DNA from: Vicugna vicugna
Lineage: Eukaryota
Assembly (NCBI GenBank): GCA_013265495.1
Contig: MU058781.1
Coordinates: 9,591,009-9,655,008, forward strand
Length of the DNA: 64,000 nucleotides
Reading direction: 5' to 3'
The position numbers were made by a program, and so were the translations under genes. The notes under the pieces were generated by a model. The model saw nothing but the letters and a program-made list of their open reading frames with translations. It did no database searches and was not told the origin of the DNA. Positions 62,136 through 64,000 of the stretch are shown in pieces. How positions within the stretch are numbered: position 1 is the stretch's first letter; the number at the start of each line of letters is the position of its first letter.

Positions 62136-64000
62136 CTTGTTCAGTCTTACCTATAGTATTGATACAAGAATATACCTGTCCGCCTTGTGTCTGAATATTT
62201 TCTGCACGTCTTCTACTCAGTGCTATGATGACATAGGATTATTTCCTGAAGAAGTGGTTGATGTATGTTACGTATACTACTGGTTAGGGACAGTGTTAAT
62301 AATAACAGTAGGCCATCTGTTCTTAGACAGTAGGAAATGTAAATATGGATTCTGTTGAGTTAGGACTTGAGTTGGAGAGTGGCAGACATTTGTTTACGCT
62401 CTTAAACTTTTTCCTGAATGTTAATTTTCATAATTTGTTTAAAGGCTATCTTCACATGGAATGCAAGAACCATGTTTGAGGAGTTGGATTCTAACCTGGC
62501 CTTAGAGAGGGATTTAATTGATTCAGCTCCTCACGGTGTTACTTCTGTTCTGATAGCTTTCTACAAAGTCTAATGATTTCATTGGAAGAGAACAGTAATT
62601 GATCCTACTTAAAATATCTAAGTTTCTATCACCAAAAAAGTTTTGAAGTTTGGCTGTCAGTATATTTTGGCTCAAGAAAACTCAAGAAATAGTGTACCAT
62701 TTGGAATTAAGTGGTATGTCAGTTAACTATTGACGAAAAGTCTTATTTCTTGGGTACACCAATTCTGAAAACATAAATGCATCTTACGTGATATTTAGAG
62801 TAAAGCTATTTGAATAGGATTTTTAGGATGAGAAACGAGGCTGCAGCTATAGTAGCAGGGTAACCACTCTGTGTAGAGTGTTGGTAGTTGCATAGTCTGT
62901 TATAATACTTAGATTTTTATCATACCAAGTTTCACATTCAAGAGAGAAAAATAGCTTGCTTTATTTAACCCAGAAGAATTACCTTAAGCTAGTAGGTAAT
63001 TAACATCTAAACACTGTGATGATGGTCAGAGCTCGGGACGAAGGTATATAGTCTTGAAAATACTGCTGTTGCTTCTTTGAGCACCATCTGGCAGAAGGAC
63101 ATGTGGTACAGACGACAAGAATCCTGGAGACAAATTTAATTCAGTTAGATGACTTACAGAAGAATAGAATTATTCAGGTACAATGTAAATGTGGAAAGTC
63201 TGTATCAATGTAGCTTTTAATTTCTTTGATTAAAGCAGTCAGTACAATATAGGACTCTCAAACTTCGTGTAAACAAGTTCCTGTACTACATGTCACCTTA
63301 TGCCACAATATTTGTAGGATGATGTTGATGAATGACATGATTGCTTTTTTTCTAAATTGTTGGTAATAAATGACAGTGATTTATCACTTTACTTTTAAGT
63401 GGGCTGAAATGATGGTAAGGAACTAACCTATTCGATAGAACAGTGGACCTCTCTGTTCTCCCAGAAGCTATGTCTAAATATTAACAATGGAGAGTGAAGA
63501 TGAGGAAGGAAACTGGTCTAAGGATTATTCTGGGAGTGTTCCTTACAGTCAGAACTGAATGGAGGACTCCTTCTCATGCCTGCCTCTCTATCTCTTTGTC
63601 AGCAGCACTGGATCTTGTATCTGGATCTTGATCAGGTTACTACTCCTGGTGTCTACATTTTCATTTACCTTGGCTGCCATTTAATTAAAAAAAAAACCAA
63701 GACAAATGGTTAAGGTGAGGGTAGGAATGCAGCTGAGAGTCTCTATTAGAGTTTGAGTCTGTCATATCACCTGTGATGTCTGTGATGGGGTAAGTTAATA
63801 ATTTTATCAAGCCACATTGCCAATTCTTTCCTATTTTTTGTACCTTTTTATAATTTTTTGAAATAGTAAAATTAACGAAAACTCTGAGATCCCATTTCTA
63901 GAAGTAGGTCTCTTTCAAATTGTGTTCTAAATAATCTTAAGTACAAAGATGCCTCTGAAAGGATGGAAGAGACTAGGAACATAACATCTCTCTGAGCTTC

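Noticed and set aside
63081..63094. CTCF-like GCACCATCTGGCAG
   Set aside because: Mismatches at core positions; matches this weak are expected in 64 kb.
63090..63560. Exon-like short frames (…ETNLIQLDDLQKNRIIQ|gt; MESEDEEGNWSKDY…)
   Set aside because: Weak or missing splice signals, an early stop in the second frame, and no recognisable protein.
1..64000. CRISPR arrays, rRNA, tRNA, snoRNA, miRNA or prokaryote-type systems
   Set aside because: I saw no regularly spaced repeats, cloverleafs, properly spaced C/D boxes or long non-repeat hairpins. A covariance-model search (Infernal/Rfam) would be needed to exclude small RNAs fully.

Overview
Mammalian non-coding genomic DNA, AT-rich and repeat-rich, with two N gaps. 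I recognise no protein-coding exon, RNA gene or CRISPR array. The supplied ORFs are chance frames or degraded retroelement remnants. The repeats are ancient mammalian families (MIR, L2, L3/CR1, L1M, HAL1, MLT1 LTRs, hAT-Charlie and Tigger MITEs) plus four younger L1 3' ends that resemble camelid L1. I see no Alu, B1/B2, Bov-tA, PRE-1 or SINEC elements, so a camelid source is plausible (inference). A T-rich + strand and mostly antisense L1s suggest one large intron of a + strand gene that I cannot name. The most unusual object is a 366-bp GC/CpG-rich, A-tailed retroposed sequence of unknown origin (54725-55090), inserted with a 17-bp target-site duplication (TSD) into an L1 3' UTR. Several repeat-free stretches carry enhancer-like motif clusters (ONECUT/CUX with OTX-type sites, NRF2 ARE, RFX X-box). 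Repeat family names come from recalled consensus sequences, not a database search, and boundaries without TSDs or terminal inverted repeats (TIRs) are approximate. I found no evidence for a new multi-gene system.
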